Shown: positions 1 to 9,922 of the stretch, in pieces | How the letters are laid out: each line of letters begins with the position of its first letter | Position numbering within the stretch: position 1 is the stretch's first letter | Assembly: GCA_050247635.1 (NCBI GenBank) | Contig: JBFWTW010000003.1 | Coordinates: forward strand, 1 to 36,640 | Origin: Candidatus Dadabacteria bacterium | Lineage (GTDB): Bacteria > Desulfobacterota_D > UBA1144 > Nemesobacterales > UBA2774 | Length of the DNA: 36,640 nucleotides | Direction: 5' to 3' | Program-made: the position numbers and the translations under genes | The notes under the pieces: model-generated | Told to the model about the DNA's origin: nothing | Database searches by the model: none | Seen by the model: only the letters and a program-made list of their open reading frames with translations

Positions 1-93
1 GACAAGCGCTACTTCCCCGCATCGTATAGCTACGAATACGTGATACCCGGGGATCCGTTCATGATACGGGGAGAGGTCGGATTTACGTTCTGA
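1..93 (+). CDS. 3' end of a TonB-dependent outer-membrane receptor (partial, 5' truncated)
   Basis: Frame 1 reads DKRYFPASYSYEYVIPGDPFMIRGEVGFTF*. It has the DKxY...PGxP pattern, an alternating terminal beta-strand and a C-terminal Phe. Not in the ORF track. Confidence 0.8.
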   Translation, partial: DKRYFPASYSYEYVIPGDPFMIRGEVGFTF

Positions 94-122
94 AGCCAGT
101 CGAATTTCACCTGATGCAGGTG

Positions 123-150
123 GAGGCGAGGCCGAATAGTGCCTCGCTTT
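123..150 (+). terminator. Hairpin, probable intrinsic terminator of the upstream receptor gene
   Basis: gaggcgaggc-cgaatagt-gcctcgcttt stem-loop about 30 nt after the stop; only a short T run. Confidence 0.6.
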
Positions 151-154
151 AACC

Positions 155-183
155 TTGACACACGTTATCAGGAGAGTTATCCT
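155..183 (+). promoter_or_regulatory. Sigma70-type promoter
   Basis: TTGACA (155-160), 17 bp spacer, TATCCT (178-183). Confidence 0.65.
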
Positions 184-197
184 CCTGGTTCTATTAT

Positions 198-216
198 GAT
201 AATGATAATCAGTATC
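198..216. promoter_or_regulatory. Fur box
   Basis: GATAATGATAATCAGTATC matches the classical consensus GATAATGATAATCATTATC at 18/19 positions; lies upstream of a siderophore receptor. Confidence 0.92.
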
Positions 217-384
217 GTAATATGCTTAAGCTTGTACATAAAGATTTAATCGATTTAGAAATTATGAATTGTAAAAGATGGTTGAATGCAATTCTTACAA
301 TAAAAGATTAAATATATCGATGCCCTGACTCAACTATTCAGAGACAAGCGTCGATAAACTCCCCAAAGAGAAGAGGTTCAAGGA

Positions 385-2583
385 ATGGAGCAGGTTAAAA
401 CAATAAGTTTATGTATTTTCGCAATTTTAGTTTTGGTTGCCCCGGAAGTGGTTCCGGCCCAGGATAAGGACGAGAAAGGCTCTCCGGAAGCTGTTTCGGA
501 GCCCCCGCAGCCGGAGGCCGGCCAGGGGACGGACGGGTTCAGCCTTCCCGAGGTTAAGGTCGAGGGGCAGCAGCAGGCCGCAGAGGACGAGTTCGTGGAC
601 GAAGAGGCCACTAGCGCCACGAAGACGGATACGCCGCTTATCGAGATACCCCAATCGATCTCTGTCGTGACGGAGGAGCAGATAAAACAGCAGCAGGCTC
701 AGACTATGTCTGAGGCGCTCCGTTATACACCAGGCTTCTTTGCGGCTTACGAGAGCGACGTCCGTTACGATAACGCCCCCATAGTCAGGGGGTTTATCCC
801 GACGCTATATCTGGACGGATTACTCCTTCCGGACAGCCGGGGATTCGGAGCCCCCCGAATAGAGCCTTACGGACTCGAACGCATAGAGGTGCTGAAGGGG
901 CCGTCCTCGGGGCTTTACGGGCAGGTTCCTCCCGGGGGCCTCATAGACATGGTGAGCAAGCGCCCGAAGCCCTATGCGATTCACGAAGTGTTGCTTCAGT
1001 ACGGGAGCTATGACAGGTACCAGGGCGCGTTCGATTTCGGGGGACGTGTAGACGACGGCGGCCGCATACTGTACCGGCTGACCGGTCTTCTCAGAAAGAG
1101 CGACACGCAGACGAAATACGCCGAGGACAACCGTATATTCCTTGCCCCGAGCGTCACCGTGCGTCCGTTCGAAAATACGTCCATTACGATAAGCGCATAT
1201 TTCCAGAAAGACGACAACAAGGGTATCTCGCCCCAGACTCTTCCGGCACAGGGCACTCTTTTCTCGAATCCGAACGGGAAAATACCTGTAGGCAGGTACG
1301 TCGGTGAGCCCGGATTCGACCGTGTGGACAAGACGACGTTTTTCGTGGGATATAGCCTCGAGCACGCCTTCAACGAGATTTTCGCGTTCCGGCAGAACCT
1401 GCGTTACAGCACCGTCAACCTGGACGTTCACGACGGCGTTCGGGGAGAAGGTCTCCAGCCCGACCTCAGGACGCTGAACAGGTCCGTCAACGATATTTCG
1501 GATTTCGCGGATAACTTCCAGGTCGATAACCAGGGCCTGGCGGTCTTTAACGCGGGCCCGGTTCGGAACGAGGTGCTGGTCGGTTTCGATTACCTGTGGG
1601 CGAAGAACAAATTCAGCATGGATTTCGGCCTCGCGCCGCCGATAGACATATACGACCCCGTGTACGGACAGCCGTTCGATACGCCGGCGCCGTTTGTGGA
1701 TACGCTGCAGAAGCAGAACCAGTTCGGCCTATACGCACAGGACCAGATATTCTTCAAGGGATTCGTGCTCACGCTCACGGGGCGGCAGGACTGGGTGGAC
1801 ACATCCAGCCGCGACTTGTTGAGCGATACGAAGTCCAGCCAGGACGACAGCGCATTTTCGTACCGCACGGGTCTCAACTATGTTTTCGATTTCGGCGTCG
1901 CTCCATATATAGCGTACTCGCGCTCTTTTCAGCCGACTTTGGGCACGTACTTCGACGGCAAGCCGTTCAAGCCGACGCGCGGCGAGCAGTACGAAGCCGG
2001 TATAAAGTATCAGCCCGAGTGGTTCCCGGGGATCGTGACTGCGGCGGTTTACAACCTCGAGCAGAAGAACGCTCTCACGGCCGATCCGGTAAACGAATTC
2101 TTCCAGGTGCAGACGGGGAAAGTGCGGGTGCGCGGGTTCGAGCTCGACGCCACGCTTAGCCCGCTGCCGGGACTCAATATGGTCGGCGGGTATGCCTATA
2201 CGGACTCCAAGATTTTAAAGAGCAATATTCTGGGAGAGGTGGGGAACGAGATGTCGAACGTGCCGAAGAACCAGGCGTCGTGGTGGACGGACTATACGCT
2301 CCAGACTTCGGTGCTGAAGGGGTTCGGCCTCGGGGCGGGCGTTCGTTACGTCGGCGATTTTTTCGGGAACACCGACAATGCGATAAAGATGCCCGCGGTC
2401 ACTCTGGTGGATGCGGCTGCGTATTACGATTTCGGCGGACTCTGCCAGAGGTTCGAGGGGCTTAAACTTGCTGTGAACGCCGCCAACCTTCTGGATAAAA
2501 CGTACGTGACCTGTTTTAACGAGAACTATTGTTCTTATGGTAACAAGCTGAATGTATTCGGGACTTTGAGCTACAACTGGTAA
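385..2583 (+). CDS. TonB-dependent siderophore receptor (FhuA-like)
   Basis: Signal peptide; plug motifs SATKTDTPLIEIPQSISVV and ERIEVLKGPSSGLYG; barrel motifs GEQYEAGIKYQ and NLLDKTY; C-terminal aromatic residue (SYNW). Confidence 0.95.
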   Translation: MEQVKTISLCIFAILVLVAPEVVPAQDKDEKGSPEAVSEPPQPEAGQGTDGFSLPEVKVEGQQQAAEDEFVDEEATSATKTDTPLIEIPQSISVVTEEQIKQQQAQTMSEALRYTPGFFAAYESDVRYDNAPIVRGFIPTLYLDGLLLPDSRGFGAPRIEPYGLERIEVLKGPSSGLYGQVPPGGLIDMVSKRPKPYAIHEVLLQYGSYDRYQGAFDFGGRVDDGGRILYRLTGLLRKSDTQTKYAEDNRIFLAPSVTVRPFENTSITISAYFQKDDNKGISPQTLPAQGTLFSNPNGKIPVGRYVGEPGFDRVDKTTFFVGYSLEHAFNEIFAFRQNLRYSTVNLDVHDGVRGEGLQPDLRTLNRSVNDISDFADNFQVDNQGLAVFNAGPVRNEVLVGFDYLWAKNKFSMDFGLAPPIDIYDPVYGQPFDTPAPFVDTLQKQNQFGLYAQDQIFFKGFVLTLTGRQDWVDTSSRDLLSDTKSSQDDSAFSYRTGLNYVFDFGVAPYIAYSRSFQPTLGTYFDGKPFKPTRGEQYEAGIKYQPEWFPGIVTAAVYNLEQKNALTADPVNEFFQVQTGKVRVRGFELDATLSPLPGLNMVGGYAYTDSKILKSNILGEVGNEMSNVPKNQASWWTDYTLQTSVLKGFGLGAGVRYVGDFFGNTDNAIKMPAVTLVDAAAYYDFGGLCQRFEGLKLAVNAANLLDKTYVTCFNENYCSYGNKLNVFGTLSYNW

Positions 2584-2617
2584 CACAAAACCAAAGTTTA
2601 AAGTGTGGTGTAGGGAC

Positions 2618-3769
2618 ATGCTTAGCGCTAAAACGATAAAAATCTGGTACGCCGTGCATAAATGGACGAGCCTCGTCTGCACGGTGTTCCTTTTACTTCT
2701 GTGCCTGACGGGGCTGCCGCTTATATTCATGCACGAGCTGTCGCACCTTCTGGACGGCGAGGTTGAAACGGCCGCCGTTGCGGCAGGGACTCCCAAGAAG
2801 AGCGTCGACGAGATGGTAAGGAGCGCCCGTGAAAAGTATCCGGACGAGTACGTGAGGTTCCTGGCGTGGGACGACCACGAGCCCGACCTGCTTTTCGTGA
2901 CATTCGTACCTTCGCGGTACGATATGTCGGGCGAGTTCAGGAGCGTCGCCGTAGACGTGAATACGGGGGACGTTCACGATTTCTCGCTGAACAAGTTCCT
3001 GGATATTATGTTTCACCTGCATGTCGATCTCTTTGCGGGTTTTTACGGAACGCTCTTCCTCGGACTCATGGGGCTTCTGTTTGTTGCCTCCCTGGTTTCG
3101 GGCGTGGTGCTGTACGGCCCGTTCATGAGGAAGCTCGATTTCGGCGTCGTGAGAAATGGCGGGGTCACGCGCATTAAGTGGCTCGACCTTCATAACCTCC
3201 TCGGAATCGTGACGCTGACCTGGGCGTTCGTCGTCGGAGGCACGGGTGTTATAAACACGCTGGCCGAGGTCGTGATCAACGTGTGGCAGAGCGGGCAGCT
3301 CGCCGAGATGGTGGAGCCTTATAAGGATAAGCCGCCGGTTGTAGAGTTTTCGTCCATAGACGCGGCCATCGAAACCGCGCATGAAGCCGCGCCCGGAATG
3401 ACGCCTTCGTTCATGGCTTTACCGGGCCCGTCGTTCACGAGCGACCATCATTACGCCGTATTCATGCGCGGCGAGACGCCGCTTACTTCGAGGCTCTTGC
3501 GGCCTGTGCTCGTCGATGCGGAGACGTCGGAGTTCACCGATTCGCGGAGCCTGCCGTGGTGGGTGACCGCGCTTCTCGTGTCGCAGCCGCTTCACTTTGG
3601 GGATTACGGCGGCATGCCGATGAAGATAATCTGGGCGGTGCTCGACGTGATTACGATAGTCGTCCTCGGAAGCGGCCTTTATCTATGGCTGTCGCACAGG
3701 AAGCGGCCGATAGAGGAGCGCATATCGGAGCTCGAAAGGAGCGAGGCGCTGGGCAGGGGGGCACAATGA
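2618..3769 (+). CDS. PepSY-associated TM helix protein (iron-regulated membrane protein, putative ferric-siderophore reductase)
   Basis: VHKWTSL, LHVDLF, DLHNLLG and PLHFGDYGG His-containing TM motifs; ATG 2618 preferred over GTG 2603. Confidence 0.9.
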   Translation: MLSAKTIKIWYAVHKWTSLVCTVFLLLLCLTGLPLIFMHELSHLLDGEVETAAVAAGTPKKSVDEMVRSAREKYPDEYVRFLAWDDHEPDLLFVTFVPSRYDMSGEFRSVAVDVNTGDVHDFSLNKFLDIMFHLHVDLFAGFYGTLFLGLMGLLFVASLVSGVVLYGPFMRKLDFGVVRNGGVTRIKWLDLHNLLGIVTLTWAFVVGGTGVINTLAEVVINVWQSGQLAEMVEPYKDKPPVVEFSSIDAAIETAHEAAPGMTPSFMALPGPSFTSDHHYAVFMRGETPLTSRLLRPVLVDAETSEFTDSRSLPWWVTALLVSQPLHFGDYGGMPMKIIWAVLDVITIVVLGSGLYLWLSHRKRPIEERISELERSEALGRGAQ

Positions 3770-3984
3770 CGAAACCCGATTCAAATTCGCATAGTTCAGT
3801 CTTTCTTCACGTATTCGGAAAGCCGATAATCCTTGCGCTGGTAAGCATGGCCGGCCTAATAGCGGCGCTCATCGGGGACGGCGTTCTGGACGTCGTTTCG
3901 TGGATAGCGCTCGGATATATAGTGGCCGTCACCGTCTGGTACGTATGGATCGCGAAGCGGCCGCGGCGAAAGCGGCGAGCTTAA
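3766..3984 (+). CDS. Small two-TM membrane protein (72 aa) coupled to the PepSY-TM gene
   Basis: ATGA overlap with the upstream stop; MTKPDS...PIILALVSMAGLIAALIGDGVLDVVSWIALG...KRPRRKRRA. Confidence 0.8.
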   Translation: MTKPDSNSHSSVFLHVFGKPIILALVSMAGLIAALIGDGVLDVVSWIALGYIVAVTVWYVWIAKRPRRKRRA

Positions 3985-4096
3985 TCGAGGACCTGACAAG
4001 AAGTTAGTCCCGCAAATTCCGTCCCCTGGTTCTTATTTGTAGACTGGTGACAACTGGTTGATAAAGGGTAGGGGACTCTAGCCGTCTCAGGGACCG

Positions 4097-5167
4097 CTAA
4101 CGCTTGCCGGAGCGCTTTACTCTCTTTTCGTCTTTGAAGATCAGGGGGTTGTAGTGCGGGTCGAAGGCCGCTTTTACGCGGACGCCGCGAGCCAGCACTT
4201 TATCGTGCGGGCCGTAAGAGTGGACGACGGCCCCGGAATCGAGCTTTACACGGTAGAGGTAATTCGTCCCGCGGAACGTGAGCGCCGAGACCTCGCCGTT
4301 TCCTTCCGAGTAGGATTCCGTTACCGAAATGTCGTCGGGCCTGATAAGGATGTGGAGCGCTTCGCCCTTGGTCTCGCCGTAGTCCGGGCACGGGAGCGGG
4401 CCTATTTCGGTTTCGGCGATATCGCCGCGGAGCGAGCATGGGATGAAGTCTGCCGTCCCCAGAAACTCTGCGACGAATTTCGTTTCCGGGCGGTGGAAGA
4501 GCTCGTACGGTGTGCCCGTCTGCTCGAGCCTGCCGCCGCTCATTACGGACACCCTGTCGCCCATGAAGAAGGCCTCGTCCCTGTCGTGTGTGACGAAAAC
4601 GGCGCTCGCACCGCTTCGTTTCAGGATGTCCCTTATCTCTCCCCGTATCTGGACCCGGAGCATGGTGTCGAGGTTCGAAAACGGCTCGTCGAGGAGCATT
4701 ACGCCCGGGCCGGGTGCTATGGCCCTTGCGAGTGCCAGGCGCTGCTGCTGGCCGCCCGAGAGCTGGTGCGGCATTCGGTGCTCAAGGCCGGCGAGCCCGA
4801 CGAGCGAGAGCACTTCGCCGACGCGCGCCTTTTTTCTCTCCTCGTTTCCGGAGATCCCGAAGGCTGTGTTCTTGTAGACATTGAGATGCGGGAATAGAGC
4901 ATAGTCCTGGAATACCATTCCGGCACGCCGCTTTTCCGGGGGCAGGTTAACGCCCGGGCCGAAGACCGTGAGGCCGTCGATTTCTATCGTCCCCTCATCC
5001 GGCGTCTCGAAGCCCGCTATCAGGCGGAGGACCGTCGTTTTCCCGCAGCCACTCGACCCCAGGAGCGAAAGTATCGCGCCTTTTTCGAGGGAGAGGTCGA
5101 GCTTTTCAGCGGCCGTCACCGACCCGAACCTCTTCGACACCCCGCTTAGCACGAGGGCTTTACTCAT
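4097..5167 (-). CDS. fbpC: Fe3+ ABC transporter ATP-binding protein
   Basis: Walker A GSSGCGKT, signature LSGGQQQR, LLDEPF and C-terminal TOBE-like region; start MSKALVL at 5167 overlaps the permease stop. Confidence 0.88.
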   Translation of the reverse strand: MSKALVLSGVSKRFGSVTAAEKLDLSLEKGAILSLLGSSGCGKTTVLRLIAGFETPDEGTIEIDGLTVFGPGVNLPPEKRRAGMVFQDYALFPHLNVYKNTAFGISGNEERKKARVGEVLSLVGLAGLEHRMPHQLSGGQQQRLALARAIAPGPGVMLLDEPFSNLDTMLRVQIRGEIRDILKRSGASAVFVTHDRDEAFFMGDRVSVMSGGRLEQTGTPYELFHRPETKFVAEFLGTADFIPCSLRGDIAETEIGPLPCPDYGETKGEALHILIRPDDISVTESYSEGNGEVSALTFRGTNYLYRVKLDSGAVVHSYGPHDKVLARGVRVKAAFDPHYNPLIFKDEKRVKRSGKR

Positions 5168-6795
5168 GCGTATCCCCCGTTCTTTTGTTTTAGTATGAGT
5201 ATGGCCATCGGCACCGAAGAGATGGTTATGAGTATGAGCGAGTAGAGAGCGGCCTGTGCGAAGAAGGCCTCGGAGGATGCAGACCACGTGGCGGTCGCGA
5301 GCGTCCTGAATCCGATAGGCGATAAAATCAATGTCGCGGGAAGCTCCCTCATGGTAACGAGAAACGTAAGCAATGCACCGGTAACTATACCCGGCACGGA
5401 GAGCGGTATGGTTATCCGGGCCAGTACGCCGGACTGGGATTTCCCGAGCGAGCGAGCCGCCTCGCCGAGGCGGGGGCTGAGCTGGAGGAACGAAGTCCGG
5501 AGCGGCCCGAGGGCCATGGGGAGGAAGAGTATGACGTATGCGGCGACGAGCATCGTCCGCGTCTGGTATATAGGGGCGAGGTATCTAATGCCGAAGAAAA
5601 CGAGAGCGAGTCCTATGACTATTCCAGGGAGGGCGAAGCCGAGGTACGATATCCTTTCGAGTATGGAGGTGATCCTGCTCCGCTTCGCTACCGCGAGCCA
5701 TGCGACCGGGAATGCCGCCACGAGCGTCGCGAGCGCCCCAAAGGCTGAAATATAGACCGAGTTAAAAAGGGGCTCCGCGAGGCCCGGCATTATCTCGCCC
5801 GAGACTATTCCCCGGACTAGCCACATGCCGAGTATAGAGACCGGGGTCACGATGCTGCCAAAGGCTATGACTGAGCAGAGCGAAAGCGCCGGGGCTTTCC
5901 ACTTGCCGAGGCGTATGGGCTCGAGAGGCGGGCGGTTCCCTCGCGAGGTCGAATACGTCGGGGCCTTTTTTTCGGTGAGCCATTCAAGCATGAGTAGCGA
6001 GAGGGCGAACGCGACGAGGACGAGGGAAAGGGACGCGGCGGCGGACCTGTCGAAGAGGGACTGGTACTGGATGTATATGGCCCACGTGAAGGTCTCGTAG
6101 CGGAGGAGGGATACCGCGCCGAAATCGGCCAGGGCCGTAAGCGCCGTCAGCAGGCAGCCCGCCACGAGCGCGGGCCTCATCTGCGGGAGTATAACTTTGG
6201 TAAATGTTTGGAACGGCGTCTTCCCGAGGCTTCGGGAGCTCTCTTCGAGAGACGGGTCCATCTTCGAAAGGGCGGCCCTTACGGGCAGAAGGACGTAGGG
6301 GTATCTGACGAGGGTGAGCGTCAGGAGCGCCCCCCAGAAACCGTAGATCTCCGGAAGCCTCTCGACGCCGAGGGGCTGGAGAAGCTGCTGCACGAGCCCT
6401 CTCGGACCTAGCGCGGCCACCGTCACGAACCCGGCGACGTATGAAGGTATGACGACAGGCACTGTGGTGAGCACGGTCCAAACCCTCTTGAGCGGCAGGT
6501 CCGTACGTTCGAGTATCCACGCGAGCGGGACGGATATGAGCGCCGAAAGGAACGTTACGGAGAAAGAAAGGAGTATGGACCTCTTAAGGATCTCCCATGT
6601 CCTCGGCCTCGAAATGAGGTCAGTAAACGCGCCCTCTGACCCAGCCGCCCTTACGGCGAGGTAGAGAATGGGGACGAGCACCAGAAGAGCGGTGAAGATC
6701 GCCGCAAGATAGAAGACCGAGTAGAGGTCGGGCAGTCGGAGCGAGAATGCTCCGCCGCCGGAATTTATGTTGTCGGTCCCGGTTCTTTCATTCAT
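5164..6795 (-). CDS. fbpB: Fe3+ ABC transporter permease
   Basis: Two permease repeats with EAA loops (LEESSRSLG, LGEAARSLG); DFGAVSLL and MRELPATLIL motifs. Confidence 0.9.
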   Translation of the reverse strand: MNERTGTDNINSGGGAFSLRLPDLYSVFYLAAIFTALLVLVPILYLAVRAAGSEGAFTDLISRPRTWEILKRSILLSFSVTFLSALISVPLAWILERTDLPLKRVWTVLTTVPVVIPSYVAGFVTVAALGPRGLVQQLLQPLGVERLPEIYGFWGALLTLTLVRYPYVLLPVRAALSKMDPSLEESSRSLGKTPFQTFTKVILPQMRPALVAGCLLTALTALADFGAVSLLRYETFTWAIYIQYQSLFDRSAAASLSLVLVAFALSLLMLEWLTEKKAPTYSTSRGNRPPLEPIRLGKWKAPALSLCSVIAFGSIVTPVSILGMWLVRGIVSGEIMPGLAEPLFNSVYISAFGALATLVAAFPVAWLAVAKRSRITSILERISYLGFALPGIVIGLALVFFGIRYLAPIYQTRTMLVAAYVILFLPMALGPLRTSFLQLSPRLGEAARSLGKSQSGVLARITIPLSVPGIVTGALLTFLVTMRELPATLILSPIGFRTLATATWSASSEAFFAQAALYSLILITISSVPMAILILKQKNGGYA

Positions 6796-7838
6796 CAGGG
6801 GATGATGTTCTGCTCTCTTAAGAGCCTAACGGTGGCCTCCGGGTCTGCGAGCTCTTTCGTGTCCAGGGCAGGTGCGTTGATTTCGGCAAGCGGGACGAGA
6901 AGGCGGTTCGTGACGACTCCTTCGATGACCGGGTACTCGTAGGTCTGGCCGGTGAAGTACTGCTGCGCCACGGGCGAGAGCATGAATTTTATGAACTTCT
7001 CGGCCGCCTCCTTATTTTGAGACGTTTCCGTAATCCCCGCACCGGCCACCATAACAATCGCCCCCGGGCCGCCCGCGCGCGGGTGGTAATTCCTGACAGG
7101 GCTGTTCTCTCCCTTTTCGGCGAGGAGCCTGTAGAGGTAGTAGTGATTGACGAACCCGGCGTCGATTTCGCCGGACTCGGCCGCGAGCACTATGGACGAG
7201 TTGTTGGGGTAGGTTTTGGGGTTGTTCGCCTGTATGCCGGCGAGCCATTCGGCCGTCTTCTCTTCGCCCCAGAGGTCGATCATTGCAGTTATCATAGTCT
7301 GGAACGATGCGTTGGTCGGGGCCCATCCGAGGCGCCCCTTCCATTTGGGGCCGGTGAAGTCCCAGATGTCGTCAGGGAGGTCATTCTCCGAAAGCTTGTC
7401 CGTGTTATATACTATGACGCGCGCGCGCCCCGAAAGCCCGACCCACTTGCCGTCGGCGGACTTGAAACGGGCGGCGACAGGATCCGTTATATCTCCGGGC
7501 AGGGGGGTGAGAAGCGCATCGACCGCACCGAGACCGCCCGGGTCCTGGGCGATGAAAATGTCTGCGGGGGACTTTGCGCCTTCTTCGAGCAGAGTCGCCG
7601 CGACCTCGGGGGTGCTGCCGTATTTGACCTCGGTTTTGATGCCGCTAACTTCGCTGAACTGCTCTATTATGGGACCGATGAGCTTTTCGCTCCGGCCGGA
7701 GTAGATCGTAAGGACTTCATTATTTCCTTTGCCGTCGGAAGAGCCGTCGCCCCCTGTGCATGATGCGGCGACAAAGGAGATGAGAATCATAATCACAAAT
7801 GGTATTGCAGAAAGGTTTGCGCGTGAATGTGCAGGCAT
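6795..7838 (-). CDS. fbpA: Fe3+ ABC transporter substrate-binding lipoprotein (FbpA/FutA family)
   Basis: Lipobox AASC; YSGR, EGAKSPAD, GLSGRARVIVYN and NHYY (Tyr-Tyr iron ligands). Confidence 0.9.
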   Translation of the reverse strand: MPAHSRANLSAIPFVIMILISFVAASCTGGDGSSDGKGNNEVLTIYSGRSEKLIGPIIEQFSEVSGIKTEVKYGSTPEVAATLLEEGAKSPADIFIAQDPGGLGAVDALLTPLPGDITDPVAARFKSADGKWVGLSGRARVIVYNTDKLSENDLPDDIWDFTGPKWKGRLGWAPTNASFQTMITAMIDLWGEEKTAEWLAGIQANNPKTYPNNSSIVLAAESGEIDAGFVNHYYLYRLLAEKGENSPVRNYHPRAGGPGAIVMVAGAGITETSQNKEAAEKFIKFMLSPVAQQYFTGQTYEYPVIEGVVTNRLLVPLAEINAPALDTKELADPEATVRLLREQNIIP

Positions 7839-7873
7839 AATTTTTTCTCCGTATTGCGTGGTTTAATTCGTGA

Positions 7874-8629
7874 TCAGCCGCTCGTAAGATTGAATCTTAC
7901 AGGAACGACCACCCAGCTCGACGCCGGCTTTCCGTTCCTCATACCGGGAACGAACACCCAGCCTTTGACGGCCTTAAGCGCCGAATTGTCGAGGACGTCG
8001 TAACCCGACGATTTTTTAAGCTGTATCTTCCCCACACGGCCGTTCTCGAGGACGTATACGTTGAGGACGACGAGGCCCTCGTAGCCGTATCTCTTCGCTA
8101 TCATGGGGTATTTGGGCTTGGGGTTGATACCGTAATCGGGGTAGCCGACGGAATCCGAACCCTTTCCCTCGCCCGAGGAGCCGAGGCCCGTTCCACCGCT
8201 GCCCGTGGCGGCGTTACTCGAAGGCCGGCTCAGCGCAACCTCGTCGCTATCCCCGGCCTGGCTCGGGTTTACCACATCGGACGCCGACTCGCTCGGCTTT
8301 TCCTCGACAGGGGCGCGGGTTATTACTTCTTTTTGCGGAGCTTTCCTGACCGGCTTTTTCTTGGCTACATTCTTTTCAGGCTTCTTGACCTGCTCGGGTT
8401 TCGGCTTCGGCGGCTCGGCCTTCTTTACGGGCTCGGGCTCTTTTTCCTCAGGCGGGCCGGGGCTGCCTTTCTTTATGCCGGGGTCTTTTTCCAGGGTGAC
8501 GAGCCCGACCTTGAGCGGCTGGGGAGGGACGTCTACCTTTTTCGGGGCGAAGTATATAAGGAGCCCGAGGAGAGCGCCGTGGAAGGCGATGGACAGGAGC
8601 GTGAATAATTTAAGCTGTAAAGAAAACAT
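7874..8629 (-). CDS. tonB: Energy transducer TonB
   Basis: N-terminal TM with SIAFH (SxxxH), Pro/Lys/Glu-rich spacer and C-terminal PKYP...GYEGLV...SSGYDVLD domain. Confidence 0.92.
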   Translation of the reverse strand: MFSLQLKLFTLLSIAFHGALLGLLIYFAPKKVDVPPQPLKVGLVTLEKDPGIKKGSPGPPEEKEPEPVKKAEPPKPKPEQVKKPEKNVAKKKPVRKAPQKEVITRAPVEEKPSESASDVVNPSQAGDSDEVALSRPSSNAATGSGGTGLGSSGEGKGSDSVGYPDYGINPKPKYPMIAKRYGYEGLVVLNVYVLENGRVGKIQLKKSSGYDVLDNSALKAVKGWVFVPGMRNGKPASSWVVVPVRFNLTSG

Positions 8630-8645
8630 CGGCTCTTTTCGTTCC

Positions 8646-9071
8646 TCAGGGGGCTTCGGTTTCTTCCTTGTCGGCGGCGATGGCGACCTCGGACGCCCCG
8701 GCTTCCTTGGACATGGCTATGAGCCTTACCGCGTCGCCGAGCATGGCGCTCTTGTCGCCTTCGAGTATAACGAGCTTGTTGTCCGTTTCGCTGAGCGCCT
8801 TCTTGAGCTCTTCCTCGAAGGTATGCTTGTTCACCATCTTGCCGTTTATATAAATATCACCTATTGTCGTGAGGGTGACCACTACGTTCCTCGAAACCGT
8901 CTCGGTCTTGGCCACCTCGGGAAGATTTATCTCGGCTCCGGATTCTATGAGGGCCGAGCTCGTTATCATGAATATGATGAGGAGAACGAGGAAGATGTCC
9001 GTAAGCGGCGTGATGTTTATTTCAGCTACGATATCTTCGTCGGACTTGTCGTCAAGCCTGCCGAGCGCCAT
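8646..9071 (-). CDS. exbD: Biopolymer transporter ExbD/TolR
   Basis: EINITPLTDIFLVLLIIFMIT motif. Confidence 0.93.
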   Translation of the reverse strand: MALGRLDDKSDEDIVAEINITPLTDIFLVLLIIFMITSSALIESGAEINLPEVAKTETVSRNVVVTLTTIGDIYINGKMVNKHTFEEELKKALSETDNKLVILEGDKSAMLGDAVRLIAMSKEAGASEVAIAADKEETEAP

Positions 9072-9708
9072 CGTTCACTCTCCCCTGTTTTAACGCATGG
9101 AAAAACTTAGCGTGGTTTATCCTGAGCACGGCGTTGATATTAGCCACCCTGACCTGTAGATAATTGTAGGCGATGACCGCGAGTATCGCAACGATAAGGC
9201 CCGCGGCGGTGGCGACGAGGGCTTCGGAAATGCCCCCGGCCACGACGGCGAATCCGCCCGTGCCGGCCATGGCCATGCTGTGGAATGATTTTATGATACC
9301 GATCACCGTGCCGAAGAGACCGATGAACGGCGCGCTGCTTCCGATAGTCCCGAGCATCCATATATGGTTCTTGAGGTCGTGGATTTCCTCGAATCTTTTT
9401 TCGTCCAGGATTTCGAGCATGTCGTCGGGCGCTGTGCCTTGATGCTCCTCGAGAAGCTTTTTATAGACGTCCGACTGGCTTGCTTTCTTCTGTTTATCGC
9501 AGACCTGGACGGCGGAGGGGATGTCGCCCCTCGACAGCGGCGGCACGACCAGGTTCGTGACGGCTTTCGCGGACGAGGCGATTCCGCTCATCGCGAACAG
9601 CCTCTCTCCAAAGACTGCTAACATGATTATCGAGAACAATATGAGGGGGTAGGTGGCGATCCAGCCGTCGTTCAACAGCTGGATTATACCCATGTCGTGC
9701 ATTTCCAT
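9052..9708 (-). CDS. exbB: ExbB/TolQ/MotA proton channel
   Basis: LGTIGSSAPFIGLFGTVIGI and GISEALVATAAGL; start uncertain (9708 follows GGAGG; 9729 and 9702 are possible). Confidence 0.92.
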   Translation of the reverse strand: MEMHDMGIIQLLNDGWIATYPLILFSIIMLAVFGERLFAMSGIASSAKAVTNLVVPPLSRGDIPSAVQVCDKQKKASQSDVYKKLLEEHQGTAPDDMLEILDEKRFEEIHDLKNHIWMLGTIGSSAPFIGLFGTVIGIIKSFHSMAMAGTGGFAVVAGGISEALVATAAGLIVAILAVIAYNYLQVRVANINAVLRINHAKFFHALKQGRVNDGARQA

Positions 9709-9893
9709 TTCTCTTTTGCCTCCGGGCAAATCTGTGTCTGTCTATTGTATTTAATCGATGAAACCATATAGGTTATCTTAAAATTTCTTTAAACCAATAT
9801 CATCTGCGTCGTTGTAGCGGCATACACCGTACACAGAATTTCTCGAACCTTTGTATTCACGATCGAAACACATAAATTCAGGATTTAATTATA

Positions 9894-9913
9894 TGAGAAT
9901 GATTATCAAAATC
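9894..9913. promoter_or_regulatory. Fur box for the exbB-exbD-tonB-fbpABC operon
   Basis: TGAGAATGATTATCA 7-1-7 inverted repeat with one mismatch; minus strand GATTTTGATAATCATTCTC matches the consensus at 16/19. Confidence 0.85.
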
Positions 9914-9922
9914 AGCATAATA

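Noticed and set aside
4021-4076. Imperfect long hairpin (GTCCCCT...AGGGGAC) between the convergent iron operons
   Set aside because: Only 7 bp pair perfectly and there is no T tract; may aid termination but too weak to call
8205-9110. Long antisense or alternative-frame ORFs (e.g. 8205-9110, 11544-12467, 30914-31963, 33583-34458, 35967-36542)
   Set aside because: Shadows of well-supported genes on the opposite strand, as expected in GC-rich DNA
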